In this document: in pieces, positions 39,487 through 49,082 of the stretch
Numbering within the stretch: position 1 is the first letter of the stretch
Layout: every line of letters starts with the position of its first letter
NCBI GenBank assembly: GCA_963805625.1
Contig: CAWDVE010000010.1
Coordinates: 1,792,001-1,856,000, forward strand
DNA: 64,000 nt
Direction of reading: 5' to 3'
Source of the DNA: an uncultured Candidatus Rokubacteria bacterium
Lineage (GTDB): Bacteria; Methylomirabilota; Methylomirabilia; Rokubacteriales; DASRDR01
Notes under the pieces: generated by a model
The model's database searches: none
Told to the model about the DNA's origin: nothing
The model's input: the letters and a program-made list of their open reading frames with translations, nothing else
Program-made: the position numbers and the translations under genes

Positions 39487-39948
39487 GTCACATCGCGCAT
39501 CGAGGCGACGATACTCCGTCCCACTGGACTGGCTCCTGCACGTATCGTTCGGCCCCACCCCGAATGCCTCCCTCTGCTCCGAGCAGGCTCGACGCACCAC
39601 GACAAGGCATGATGGCACGGGAACCCGAGCGAGGGTAGTCGGCCGGCCGGGAGACCGGACCTGGGTCCAGGGGCCTTGTGAGCGCGCGAGCCGGAAGTGT
39701 ACTTTCGGAGGGAAGCCGGGAGGAGGTGGAGGTCGAGTGCCGGAACCGAGTTTCGACGGCCGTCGACGGTGCGGAGTTCTCGCCCCAGGGACCGCGGGAG
39801 GTCTGACCCTCCTTCTAACCGCCGTCATACCGGCTCTCGCGGCGGGGCCGTTCGCTCTGCTCCTCGGCGCCGCGGGGCACGCCCTGGCAGGAGCAGTGAC
39901 AGTCCGGAGCCCGGCGCGCGCGCTTCGTTCGACGCTGGAGGCCCGCGC

Positions 39949-42939
39949 GTGAGCGGCGGATCGACGCCCGGACGGGCGGCACGCGAATCGCCCGCACGAT
40001 CCGCTATCCGGACCACGGGGATCGCCTTGCTGGTCTGCGTCGCCTACTACGTCGGCTCCCGCATCGGCCTCGTGCTCCGGTTTCCCCCGTCGACCCCGTC
40101 GGTTCTCTGGCCTCCGAACGCGATCCTGACCGTGACGTTGCTGCTGACACCGCCGCGGCGCTGGTGGATGTACCTGCTGGCGGCGCTCCCGGCGCACCTG
40201 GTCATTCAGCTGAGTGCCGGCTGGCCGGCCTTGCTGATCGCGCTGCTCTTCGCGACGAACTGCAGTGAGGCGCTGATCGCTGCCCTGGGCGTGCGCCGGT
40301 TCAGCGACGCGCCAGCCCGCTTCGATACACTGCGCCGCGTCGCTGTTTTCATCGGCGCGGCCGGCCTCGCCGCGCCATTCGTGTCGTCGTTCGCCGATGC
40401 CGCCGTGGTCGCCTCGCTGCGGGCCGAGCCATATTGGGTGGTCTGGCGCACCCGGTTCTTCTCCAACGTCCTGACCGAGCTGACGCTGGTCCCCGCGCTC
40501 GCCACCGCGATCACTGCCGGACCGGCGTGGATCCGGACGGCGCCCACCCGGCGGCATCTCGAGGCGGCGCTTCTCGCGGCCACTCTGCTCTTCGTCGCGG
40601 TCATGGCCTTCGGGCTGAGTGTCGGCCTGGACGACCTCCCCATCCCGGGAACGCCCTACACGCCACTGGCGCTGGTCCTGCCACTCTTCCTCTGGGCGGC
40701 GGTCCGCTTCGGGCCCGGGGGAGTGAGCCTCGCGCTGGCAACGGCCGTATGGGTGGCGATCTGGGGTGGAACATACGGGCAAGGGCTGTTCACCGAGCTG
40801 CCCCCTGCCCAAGCCGTGCTGGCCCTCCAGGTCTTCCTTTCGGTCGTCGCCATTCCGTTCATGTGTCTTGCGGGGGTCATCGAGGAGCGCCGACAGACCC
40901 GGGATGCCCTCGCCGAGCGCCTGCGCTTCGAAACGCTCCTCTCCGACCTGTCCGCCATGTTCGCCACCGGCCCTGTGGCGGAGGTGGACCGACAGATCGA
41001 GACTGGTCTCCGGCGCCTGGTGGAGGATCTGGGTGCCGACCGGGCCACCGTGGGCGCGCTCTCCACCTCTTCCGACCAGGTCCGGGCCACACACTCCTGG
41101 ACCCGAGAGGGCGTGGCGCCCCTCCGCCAGGCGATCCGGGGCAACGCGGCGCCGTGGATCGTGTCCCAGCTCCGCCAGGGGCACGTCGTCCGACTCACGC
41201 GCCTCGAGGACCTCCCCGACGAGGCAGCGGTTGATCGGCAGAACCTCGAACGCCTCGGCACACGCTCGGCCGTCGTGGTGCCGCTCGCCGTGGGCGGCTC
41301 GGTCGCGGGCGCCCTCGTGGTGGGCACCCTCCGCGCGGAGCGCCACTGGCCCGACGAGCTGGTCCCGCGGCTTCGGCTGCTGGCGGCCGTGTTCGCCGGC
41401 GCCCTCGCGCGGCAGCAGGCCGAGCGGGCAGTACGTGAGAGCGAGGAGCGCTTTCACCGGATGGCGGACAGCGCCCCCATGATGGTATGGCTCTCGGGCC
41501 CCGAGGGCCGGCGGACGTACGTGAACCAGCGGTGGCTCGACTTCACCGGCCGCGGGCTGGACCACGAGCTGAGCGAGAGCTGGATGGCCAACGTCCACCG
41601 CGACGACCAGCCGGATCTGACCCGCGCCCTGGCCGCCGCGCTCGCGGAGGAGCGGCCGTTCACCGTGGAGTATCGGCTGCAGCGCCGGGATCGAGAGTAC
41701 CGCTGGGTCCTGGACCACGGAGTGCCCCGGCGGTCCGACGACGGGGCCCTGCTCGGCTACGTGGGCTCGGCCGTCGATGTCACCCAGCTCCGGGCCGCCC
41801 AGCGAGCGCTGCTCGAGACCGACCTCCTCCGGAGCGCCATCTTCGGGGCGCTGCACGGTCACGTGGCCGCCCTCGACAAGAGCGGGCGCATCATCGCCGT
41901 GAATCACGCCTGGGGCCGATTCGCCCTCGAGAACGGGGCCAACCCCGTCCGGGTCTCGATCGGCGCCAGCTACCTTGACGTGTGCCGAGACGCGGCCAGC
42001 GGGGGGGATCGCGAGGCCGGCCGGATCCTGGAAGCCTTGCGCACGGTGCTCGCCGGAGGCACGTCTCTTCAGTTCGAGTATGCCTGTCGCACGCCCGCCG
42101 GCGAGCGCTGGTTCGAGATGACGGCGGAGCCGCTCCGGCGCCCGGAGGGCGGAGCGCTCGTGACCCACGTCGACATCACCCGCCGCCGCCAGGCGGAGGA
42201 AGAGGCGGAACGTCAGCGTGAGGAGCTGGCTCACGTGCTGCGGACCACGACGCTCGGGGAGCTCGCCGCGTCGCTCGCCCACGAGATCAACCAGCCGCTC
42301 GCCGCGATCGTGGCAAACGCGCAGGCGACGCGCCGCTTGCTGGACGCGGGCCGGGCGTCCCGCCCGGGAGTGGTCGAGACCCTGTCCGACATCGTGGACG
42401 ATGCGAAGCGCGCCTCCCAGGTCATCCGGCGGCTCCGCGCCCTGTTCCGCAAGGAGCAGGTCGACCGGGGTCCCGTGGACGTGAACGAGCTCGTCGAGGA
42501 CGTGGTGGGCCTTCTTCGCCACGACACGGAGCGCCAGCGCATCACGGTCCACTGCGCTCTCGAGCGGGGCCTGGCGCGCATCCCCGGCGATTCGGTCCAG
42601 CTCCAGCAAGTCCTGCTCAACCTTCTCGTCAACGCGCGCGAGGCGATCGTGATCGCGGAGGAGGGTCCGCGCGAGATCAGGATCGGGACGGCCGAGAGCG
42701 CGAAGGGGGGCGTCGCCGTCTCGATCCGGGACACCGGGATCGGTGCCAAGGAGGCGGAGCTCGAGCGCATCTTCGAGCACTTCGTCACCAACAAGCCGGA
42801 CGGGCTGGGAATGGGCCTCGCCATCAGCCGCTCCATCGTCCAGGCGCATGGCGGCCACCTCTGGGCGACCGTCAATGACGATCGGGGACTCACTCTCCAC
42901 CTCGAGCTCCCGGGCGAGCCGAAGCCCGTCCGAGCGTGA
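39949..42939 (+). CDS. Sensor histidine kinase, MASE1-GAF-PAS-PAS-HisKA-HATPase (FixL-like)
   Basis: SVLWPPNA (MASE1), VNQRWLDFTG (PAS), LAHEINQPL H-box, QVLLNLLVNA, GLGMGL. Confidence 0.9.
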   Translation: MSGGSTPGRAARESPARSAIRTTGIALLVCVAYYVGSRIGLVLRFPPSTPSVLWPPNAILTVTLLLTPPRRWWMYLLAALPAHLVIQLSAGWPALLIALLFATNCSEALIAALGVRRFSDAPARFDTLRRVAVFIGAAGLAAPFVSSFADAAVVASLRAEPYWVVWRTRFFSNVLTELTLVPALATAITAGPAWIRTAPTRRHLEAALLAATLLFVAVMAFGLSVGLDDLPIPGTPYTPLALVLPLFLWAAVRFGPGGVSLALATAVWVAIWGGTYGQGLFTELPPAQAVLALQVFLSVVAIPFMCLAGVIEERRQTRDALAERLRFETLLSDLSAMFATGPVAEVDRQIETGLRRLVEDLGADRATVGALSTSSDQVRATHSWTREGVAPLRQAIRGNAAPWIVSQLRQGHVVRLTRLEDLPDEAAVDRQNLERLGTRSAVVVPLAVGGSVAGALVVGTLRAERHWPDELVPRLRLLAAVFAGALARQQAERAVRESEERFHRMADSAPMMVWLSGPEGRRTYVNQRWLDFTGRGLDHELSESWMANVHRDDQPDLTRALAAALAEERPFTVEYRLQRRDREYRWVLDHGVPRRSDDGALLGYVGSAVDVTQLRAAQRALLETDLLRSAIFGALHGHVAALDKSGRIIAVNHAWGRFALENGANPVRVSIGASYLDVCRDAASGGDREAGRILEALRTVLAGGTSLQFEYACRTPAGERWFEMTAEPLRRPEGGALVTHVDITRRRQAEEEAERQREELAHVLRTTTLGELAASLAHEINQPLAAIVANAQATRRLLDAGRASRPGVVETLSDIVDDAKRASQVIRRLRALFRKEQVDRGPVDVNELVEDVVGLLRHDTERQRITVHCALERGLARIPGDSVQLQQVLLNLLVNAREAIVIAEEGPREIRIGTAESAKGGVAVSIRDTGIGAKEAELERIFEHFVTNKPDGLGMGLAISRSIVQAHGGHLWATVNDDRGLTLHLELPGEPKPVRA

Positions 42940-43622
42940 CCTCCGACGGCCTCGTCTACGTGATCGACGACGATGCGTCGGTGCGCCGGGCTCTGGCCCG
43001 CCTCATCGCGTCGGCGGGCCTCGACGTCGAGACGTTCCCCTCCGCCGAGGCCTTCCTGCACCATCCGGCCGCGGACCGCCCGGCCTGCCTGGTGCTCGAC
43101 GTCCGCCTGCCGGGCGAGAGCGGTCTCGAGCTCCAGGCCGCGCTGGGCGACGCCCGGCGGTTCCTCCCGATCATCTTCGTCACGGGCCACGGAACCGTGT
43201 CGGGGGGCGTCCGCGCGATGAAGGAAGGCGCCGTCGACTTCCTCCAAAAGCCGGTCGACGAGCGTGAGCTGCTCGGCGGGATCCAGAAGGCGCTCGATCG
43301 AAGCCGTGAAGCGCGAGCCTCCCTGGCGGAGCGGGTCGAGCTGGAGCACCGGCTCGACGCCCTGACCGCCCGCGAGCGCGAGGTGCTGGACCTCGTGGTC
43401 ACCGGGATGCTCAACAAGCAGATCGCCGAGCGACTCGGGGTGGCCGAGAAGACGATCAAGGTCCACCGGGGCCGCGTGATGCAGAAGATGGCGGCCGCCT
43501 CCGTGGCCGATCTCGTCCGCATGCTGCACAAGCTCGGCCGCGAGACGTCAAGGGTGTTGGTGGTCGCCAGGCCGTGGGACCAAGGGCCAATAGCGAATGA
43601 TCGGCGGATATCGGCAGAATGA
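42936..43622 (+). CDS. FixJ/LuxR-family response regulator
   Basis: VIDDD, LDVRLP, LTAREREVL, NKQIA and KVHRGRVM motifs. Confidence 0.92.
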   Translation: MTSDGLVYVIDDDASVRRALARLIASAGLDVETFPSAEAFLHHPAADRPACLVLDVRLPGESGLELQAALGDARRFLPIIFVTGHGTVSGGVRAMKEGAVDFLQKPVDERELLGGIQKALDRSREARASLAERVELEHRLDALTAREREVLDLVVTGMLNKQIAERLGVAEKTIKVHRGRVMQKMAAASVADLVRMLHKLGRETSRVLVVARPWDQGPIANDRRISAE

Positions 43623-44032
43623 ACGACAGCATGACGAGCAAGGAGGCGGTGCACCACCAGATCCGGCGGTCGCCGATGGTCTGCGTCGTCGACGACGACG
43701 ACTCGCTCCTGCGCGCGCTGCGCCGCCTCCTGGACGCGACCGGGTTCCGCGTGGAGACCTTCTCGTCGGCGGAGCAGTTCCTGGAGTCGGAGCATCGCGG
43801 GCGGGCGGACTGTCTCGTGCTGGACGTCCATCTCGGCGGTCTGAGCGGGCTCGACCTGCAGGAGAGGCTCGCGACGTCAGGGGTGAGCACGCCGATCGTC
43901 ATCATCACGGCTCACGACGACCGGTCCACGCGCGATCGGGCCCGCCGGGCCGGCGCGATCGAGTACCTGCGGAAGCCCTTCGACGACGATTCGCTCATCG
44001 ACGCCATCCACAAGGCGATCGGCCACTCCTGA
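43619..44032 (+). CDS. Single-domain response regulator
   Basis: VVDDD, LDVHL, ITAHD and YLRKPF motifs. Confidence 0.9.
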   Translation: MNDSMTSKEAVHHQIRRSPMVCVVDDDDSLLRALRRLLDATGFRVETFSSAEQFLESEHRGRADCLVLDVHLGGLSGLDLQERLATSGVSTPIVIITAHDDRSTRDRARRAGAIEYLRKPFDDDSLIDAIHKAIGHS

Positions 44033-44036
44033 CCCC

Positions 44037-44399
44037 GTGCCGACGAAGCGCATCGTGGTGGGCGACCCTGAGATCAGATGTTCGCTGCCGACCTTGCCCG
44101 GGCGCCGGCCGGGCGGGACGCGCCCGGCTAGGTGGCGAGCCCTGGCGCTTGCGCTCCTGCCGACCGGCTGCAGCTTCGTGTCGACGCGCGTCCACCCGTA
44201 CCTCGGCGGCCCGACCTTCCCGCCCACCGATCCGGCCAAGGTCGGGGTCCTCCGGTCCGAGCCGAGCCGGCCGCACGAGCGGCCCGGAGAGGTCTTCGCG
44301 GAGCCCTCCGGCGATCCGACCGCCACTCAGTACGAGCAGGCCCTGCGCGAGGGCGGCGCCAGGATGGGCGCCAACGCCGTCGTGGTCTGTACGACCTAG
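44037..44399 (+). CDS. Hypothetical lipoprotein, possibly truncated
   Basis: LLPTGC lipobox-like; LREGGARMGANAVVV followed by an abrupt stop. Confidence 0.45.
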   Translation: MPTKRIVVGDPEIRCSLPTLPGRRPGGTRPARWRALALALLPTGCSFVSTRVHPYLGGPTFPPTDPAKVGVLRSEPSRPHERPGEVFAEPSGDPTATQYEQALREGGARMGANAVVVCTT

Positions 44400-44664
44400 A
44401 CGTCGAGCTACATGGTGGCTCGCTCCGCCTCGGAGGATCGCCTCTTCTCCCACGAGCAGGCCCGACGCTTCGCCCTCGCCTATGCGGGCCTGACTCTCCT
44501 GGGTCTCGCGCTGGCCGTGCCATACTGGCGGCTCCTCGGCCTCCTGTAACCCGATCGGCCGGTAGGCAGCCTCATCCTGATCGGAGCCGGGGTCGAACGG
44601 TGTCGCCTGGGCGCAGATCGCGGCCTCGGAGTCGGACCAGTCAGCGGCAACCGTCCCCCTTGCC

Positions 44665-44693
44665 TTGACAGCCGCGGGACCCCTCCCTAGTAT
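44665..44693 (+). promoter_or_regulatory. Near-consensus sigma70 promoter upstream of fae
   Basis: TTGACA (44665-44670)-17 nt-TAGTAT (44688-44693). Confidence 0.7.
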
Positions 44694-44918
44694 TGGCGCC
44701 ACCCAGCGGTGGTCGACGATGTCCCGGGGATCGAAAACGGTCATAGAAGGCGAAGCTGGCAACATGCCCGGTCGCCGCGGAAGTGCGACACCGGCGAGTC
44801 GTCCTTACCCAGGCCCTGGCCTCAGGAAGGGGGTGCATGCGCGGGCAGCGGGCCGGCGTGCCGGAATCGACGTCCCACACAATGAGTGCGCTCTAGCTAC
44901 GGGAGGGATCGCATAGCT

Positions 44919-45419
44919 ATGGATAGTCACAGCTTCATGGTGGGTGAGTCACTGGTCGGCGAGGGCAACGAGGTCGCTCACATCGATCTGATCATCGGAT
45001 CGAAGAGCGGCCCGGCCGGCGCCACCTTCGCGCAGCGACTGGCCGACCAGACGGCAGGCCACAACGGCCTCCTGGCCGTGCTGGCGCCGAACGTTCCGGC
45101 CAAGCCGGACACGGTCATGTTCAACAAGGTCACGATCAAGGGCGCCGGCCAGGCGGTCCAGATGTTCGGTCCCGCCCAGGCCGCCGTGGCCAAGGCGGTC
45201 GTGGACAGCGTCGCCGACGGCACCATCCCCAAGGCCAGCGCCAACGACCTGTGCGTGATCGTGGGCGTGTTCATCCACTGGCAGGCCAAGGACAACAAGA
45301 AGATCTACGACTACAACTACCGGGCGACCAAGGAATCGATCGCGCGGGCGATGAAGGGTCAGCCCACCGTGGACTCCGTCCTCGCCCAGAAGGACTCAGC
45401 CAAGCACCCCTTCGCGTAG
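44919..45419 (+). CDS. fae: Formaldehyde-activating enzyme (H4MPT hydro-lyase)
   Basis: [25 protein letters not shown]...[19 protein letters not shown]...YNYRATK and HPF motifs. Confidence 0.95.
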   Translation: MDSHSFMVGESLVGEGNEVAHIDLIIGSKSGPAGATFAQRLADQTAGHNGLLAVLAPNVPAKPDTVMFNKVTIKGAGQAVQMFGPAQAAVAKAVVDSVADGTIPKASANDLCVIVGVFIHWQAKDNKKIYDYNYRATKESIARAMKGQPTVDSVLAQKDSAKHPFA

Positions 45420-45513
45420 GCGCGGCGTAACGTCGCCGCGCGGCCGGACGCCCCGCGGTCCCGCTCCCACGGGGCCGCGCGGGTCCCGGCCCGCCCTCGC
45501 CGAGGCAGATCCG

Positions 45514-45630
45514 ATGCGGCCGGAGACGTTCATCCTCATTCCCGGGCGGTCGACCGAGCAGGGCACGAGCGCCGGACCGGAGCACCTCGTCCCGGCCGAG
45601 CGCGTCGCGCTGGCCACGGCGGCGGGCTGA
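45514..45630 (+). pseudogene. 38-codon remnant with an FwdD/FmdD-like N-terminus (probable deletion scar)
   Basis: MRPETFILIPGRSTEQGTS resembles the FwdD start (ILITGRTxxQG), then an unrelated tail ending 8 nt before fhcD. Confidence 0.55.
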
Positions 45631-45638
45631 CCTCCGTC

Positions 45639-46538
45639 ATGGTCCGCGTCAACGGCGTGGAGATCGAGGACACCTTCGCCGAGGCGTTCCGGATGCGCGC
45701 GGCCCGCGCGATCGTGACCGCGGAGACGGCCGGCTGGGCCCGGACGGCCGCCTCGCTGGCGACGGGCTATGCGACATCGGTGATCGGATGCGACGCCGAG
45801 GCGGGCATCGAAGCCGACCTGCCGGCGACCGCGACGCCCGACGGCCGGCCCGGCGTGAGCCTTCTGGTCTTCGGGTTCAACACCGCGGCGCTCGGCAAGG
45901 CGCTGGTCAACCGCGTCGGCCAGTGCGTGATGACCTGCCCCACCACCGCGTGCTTCAACGGGCTCCTGCCCGGGGAGGAAACGGTGAAGGTGGGCGGGCT
46001 CCTCCGCTTCTTCGGAGATGGCCACCAGGCGAGCAAGAAGCTCGATGGGCGGCGATACTGGCGGGTACCGGTGATGGACGGCGAGTTCCTCTGCGAGGAC
46101 ACGTTCGGCGTCCAACGCGCGGTCGCGGGAGGCAATTTCCTGATCCTGGCCACGGATCAGGCCGCGGCGCTCCACGCCGCCGAGGCGGCCGCCCAGGCCA
46201 TCCGCGCGGTGCCCGGAGTGATCCTCCCCTTCCCGGGCGGCATCGTCAGAAGCGGCAGCAAGGTCGGATCGCGCTACAAGACGCTGCGGGCATCGACCAA
46301 CGAGGAGTACTGTCCCACGCTCCGCGGACAGGGCCGGAGCCGGCTGCCGATGAGCGTCCACGCGGTCTACGAGATCGTCATCGACGGTCTCGACGTGGGG
46401 GCCGTGGAGGCCGCCATGCGTGTCGGCGTCCGGGCCGCGTGCGGCCCGGGAGTGGTGCAGATCAGCGCCGGCAACTATGGCGGCAAGCTCGGCCAGTACC
46501 CGCTGCACCTCCACAAGATCCTCGGAACCGCACCATGA
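45639..46538 (+). CDS. fhcD: Formylmethanofuran:H4MPT formyltransferase (Ftr/FhcD)
   Basis: IEDTFAEAF, TSVIGCDAEAG, TPDGRPG, RSGSKVGS, YEIVIDG and SAGNYGGKLG motifs. Confidence 0.95.
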   Translation: MVRVNGVEIEDTFAEAFRMRAARAIVTAETAGWARTAASLATGYATSVIGCDAEAGIEADLPATATPDGRPGVSLLVFGFNTAALGKALVNRVGQCVMTCPTTACFNGLLPGEETVKVGGLLRFFGDGHQASKKLDGRRYWRVPVMDGEFLCEDTFGVQRAVAGGNFLILATDQAAALHAAEAAAQAIRAVPGVILPFPGGIVRSGSKVGSRYKTLRASTNEEYCPTLRGQGRSRLPMSVHAVYEIVIDGLDVGAVEAAMRVGVRAACGPGVVQISAGNYGGKLGQYPLHLHKILGTAP

Positions 46539-47107
46539 TCGTCGAGACGATCGTGACGACGCTGGACGAGGATGGAGAGGCGAACTTCGCGGCCATGGGT
46601 GTGGTCTGGGGCGAGGATCGCCTCGTGATCCGGCCCTACGTCGGCACGCGCACGTTCCGGAACCTCGTCCGTGCGCGCGAGGCCGTCGTCAACGTCACCG
46701 ACGACGTCCTGACTTTCGCGAAGAGCGCGCTCTCACGCGAGCGGTTCCCCGCCCGCCCCGCCGCGCGCGTTCGCGGGGTCATCCTGGCCGACGCGTGCCA
46801 CTGGCGCGAGGTCGCCGTCGAGGACGTATCGTTGCCCGAGTCCCGGCCGCCCGGCGGCGGCCGGGCCGACGTCGCCACGCGCGTGGTGGCGGGTGCGGTG
46901 GGACGGCCGTTCGCCGGGCTGTGCCGCGCCAAGCACGCCGTCGTGGAGGCGAGCATCCTCGCCTCGCGCGCGCGACGGCTGCCGCGGAACGAGGTGCTCG
47001 AGGGACTCGACCGCCTGGACCCGCTGGTGGACAGGACCGGCGGCCCGGCCGAGCGCGAAGCCATGGCGTACATCCGCGCCCACGTCGCGCGGCTGGTCGG
47101 CGACTGA
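46535..47107 (+). CDS. DUF447-family protein (H4MPT-cluster associated)
   Basis: ETIVTT...NFAAMG, RAKHAVVEASILASR and RTGGPAE motifs. Confidence 0.8.
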   Translation: MIVETIVTTLDEDGEANFAAMGVVWGEDRLVIRPYVGTRTFRNLVRAREAVVNVTDDVLTFAKSALSRERFPARPAARVRGVILADACHWREVAVEDVSLPESRPPGGGRADVATRVVAGAVGRPFAGLCRAKHAVVEASILASRARRLPRNEVLEGLDRLDPLVDRTGGPAEREAMAYIRAHVARLVGD

Positions 47108-47124
47108 CACGCCTCACCCCGGAC

Positions 47125-48096
47125 ATGCGCACGATCGTCCAAGCGGGAGCGCGGCTCCATCTGGGGTTCCTCGACCTCAACGGCGCCTGCGGGCGGCGCT
47201 ACGGATCGATCGGCGTCACCCTCGAGCGGCCGCGCTGTACCGTGGAGGCGACCCCAGCCCCGCCCGGCAGGGCGACCGCGACGGGCGATCCCGTGGAGGT
47301 CATCCTCGAGCGTCTCGGCCTCGGAGATGGGACGGTCGGGGTGCGGTTGGTGGAGACGATCCCGGTCCACGCGGGGTTCGGCGCGGGCACCCAGGTCGCC
47401 CTGGCGGTCGCGCTGGCCGCGTCGCGGGCCGCGGGCCGTCCGACGCCGATCCGCGAGCTGGCGCGACAGCTCGGTCGAGGGCAGCGCTCCGGGATCGGCA
47501 TCGCGGCGTTCGAGCGCGGCGGGCTCGTGATCGATGCGGGGCATCCGGCGCAGGAGGACGGCCACGCGGTGGCCGGGGAGCCTGCGGGGCCGGAGCCTCC
47601 CCCGGTGATCTTCCAGCACCCCTTGCCCGACGACTGGCACTTCGTCCTTGCGACCCCACGCGCCGCGCCGGGGCTCTCCGGCCCGAGGGAGGAGCGGGCC
47701 TTCCGGGACCTCCCGCCCATGGACGCCGAGCGGGTGGGCCGGATCTGCCGCCTCACGCTGATGCAGGTCGCGCCGGCCGTGCTCGCCGGCGACATCCGGA
47801 CCTTCGGGGCGGCGATCACCGAGATCCAGGAAGTGGTCGGCGAGTACTTCGCGCCCCATCAGGGCGGCCGTTTCGCCACGGAGACCGGCTGCGCGGTGAC
47901 CGAGCTCGCCCTGGCGCGCGGCGCCCACGGGGTCGGGCAGAGCTCCTGGGGGCCGACGGTGTTCGCGCTGGTGCGAGGCGAGCCCGCCGCGCGCGTCCTG
48001 GCCGACGCGCTCCGCAGCGCGTTCGGAGATCGCCTGGCGTGGGTCGACGTCAGCCTCGCGCGGAACCGAGGCGCGTCGTGCCGGGAGGCGCTGTGA
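47125..48096 (+). CDS. mptG: Beta-ribofuranosylaminobenzene 5'-phosphate synthase (GHMP fold)
   Basis: ARLHLG, HAGFGAGTQ, RGQRSGIG and GQSSWGPT motifs. Confidence 0.9.
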   Translation: MRTIVQAGARLHLGFLDLNGACGRRYGSIGVTLERPRCTVEATPAPPGRATATGDPVEVILERLGLGDGTVGVRLVETIPVHAGFGAGTQVALAVALAASRAAGRPTPIRELARQLGRGQRSGIGIAAFERGGLVIDAGHPAQEDGHAVAGEPAGPEPPPVIFQHPLPDDWHFVLATPRAAPGLSGPREERAFRDLPPMDAERVGRICRLTLMQVAPAVLAGDIRTFGAAITEIQEVVGEYFAPHQGGRFATETGCAVTELALARGAHGVGQSSWGPTVFALVRGEPAARVLADALRSAFGDRLAWVDVSLARNRGASCREAL

Positions 48097-49082
48097 TCTC
48101 GGACCTGGGCCTGAACCGCCGCGCCGCGCGACTGGCCGATGCACTTGCGACCGACGCCCCGTTGCTGGGCGTGACGGTCACGGAGGTCGGGGGCGCACGG
48201 GTGCTCGACTGCGGCGTCCTGGCGGCCGGGGGGCTCGAGGCGGGGCGGCGGCTGGCGGAGATCTGTCTCGCCGGCCTGGCCACCGTGTCGTTCACGAGCG
48301 TCGATCTGGGTGGCCTCTGGCTCCCCGCGGTGGCTGTCACCACCGATCATCCGGTGACGGCCTGCCTGGCCAGCCAGTATGCCGGCTGGGCCATCGATCC
48401 GCCGGGATACTTCGCCATGGGCTCCGGACCGGCCCGCAGCGTCGCCCGGGTGGAGCGGGAGCTTTACGAGCGAATCGGCTACGCCGAGGCCGGAGACACC
48501 GCGGTGCTCGTGCTGGAGGGGCGGACGCTTCCGGACGAGAGAGTGGTGCAGTTCGTCGCCGACAAGTGCCGAGTCCAGCCGGAGGGCCTGCGGCTCCTCA
48601 TCGCCCCGACCGCCAGCATCGCCGGGTGCGTCCAGGTGGCCGCGCGCTCGGTCGAGACCGGGCTCCACAAGATGCTGGAGCTCGGGTTCGACGTCCGCAG
48701 CGTGCGGAGCGGGGCGGGTGTGTGTCCGCTGGCGCCGGTGGCGAAGAACGACCTTCGCGCCATCGGGTGGACGAACGACTGCATCCTCTACGGCACCCGC
48801 GCCTACTTCGCCGTCCACGCCGACGACGCGTTGGTCGCGGCGATGGTCGAGCGGCTGCCGGCCGCCACGTCGTCGGACTATGGCACCTCCTTCTACGAGA
48901 TCTTCAAGCGCGCCGGCAATCAATTCTACAAGATCGACCGGATGCTCTTCAGCCCGGCGGAGGTGGTCGTCAACAACCTCGACTCCGGGCGCGTCTTTCG
49001 CGCCGGCCGCCTCGACCCCGGCGTGCTGATGCGATCGCTGGGTGTTGCGGGGGTTGGCGGCCCTGGCGGGGGCGCGGCGTGA
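48093..49082 (+). CDS. mch: Methenyl-H4MPT cyclohydrolase
   Basis: CLASQYAGW, AMGSGPAR, QVAARSVETGLHK, TNDCILYG and FYKIDRMLFSPA motifs. Confidence 0.95.
   Translation: MISDLGLNRRAARLADALATDAPLLGVTVTEVGGARVLDCGVLAAGGLEAGRRLAEICLAGLATVSFTSVDLGGLWLPAVAVTTDHPVTACLASQYAGWAIDPPGYFAMGSGPARSVARVERELYERIGYAEAGDTAVLVLEGRTLPDERVVQFVADKCRVQPEGLRLLIAPTASIAGCVQVAARSVETGLHKMLELGFDVRSVRSGAGVCPLAPVAKNDLRAIGWTNDCILYGTRAYFAVHADDALVAAMVERLPAATSSDYGTSFYEIFKRAGNQFYKIDRMLFSPAEVVVNNLDSGRVFRAGRLDPGVLMRSLGVAGVGGPGGGAA

Noticed and set aside
39737-39952. 71-aa hydrophobic ORF overlapping the kinase start by GTGA
   Set aside because: Could be a gene remnant, but has no recognisable motif or convincing start
39283-42900. 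1205-aa minus-strand ORF and similar long antisense ORFs (e.g. 59613-62114, 56954-59140, 17299-19437)
   Set aside because: Shadow frames of real genes in very GC-rich DNA with no recognisable motifs; only the last ~67 codons of this one may be a real lipoprotein
44919-49082. Methanogenesis or archaeal origin of the contig
   Set aside because: No mcr/mtr genes; lexA, RND pump, sigma70 promoters and the bacterial-type accessory orf set indicate a bacterial C1 module
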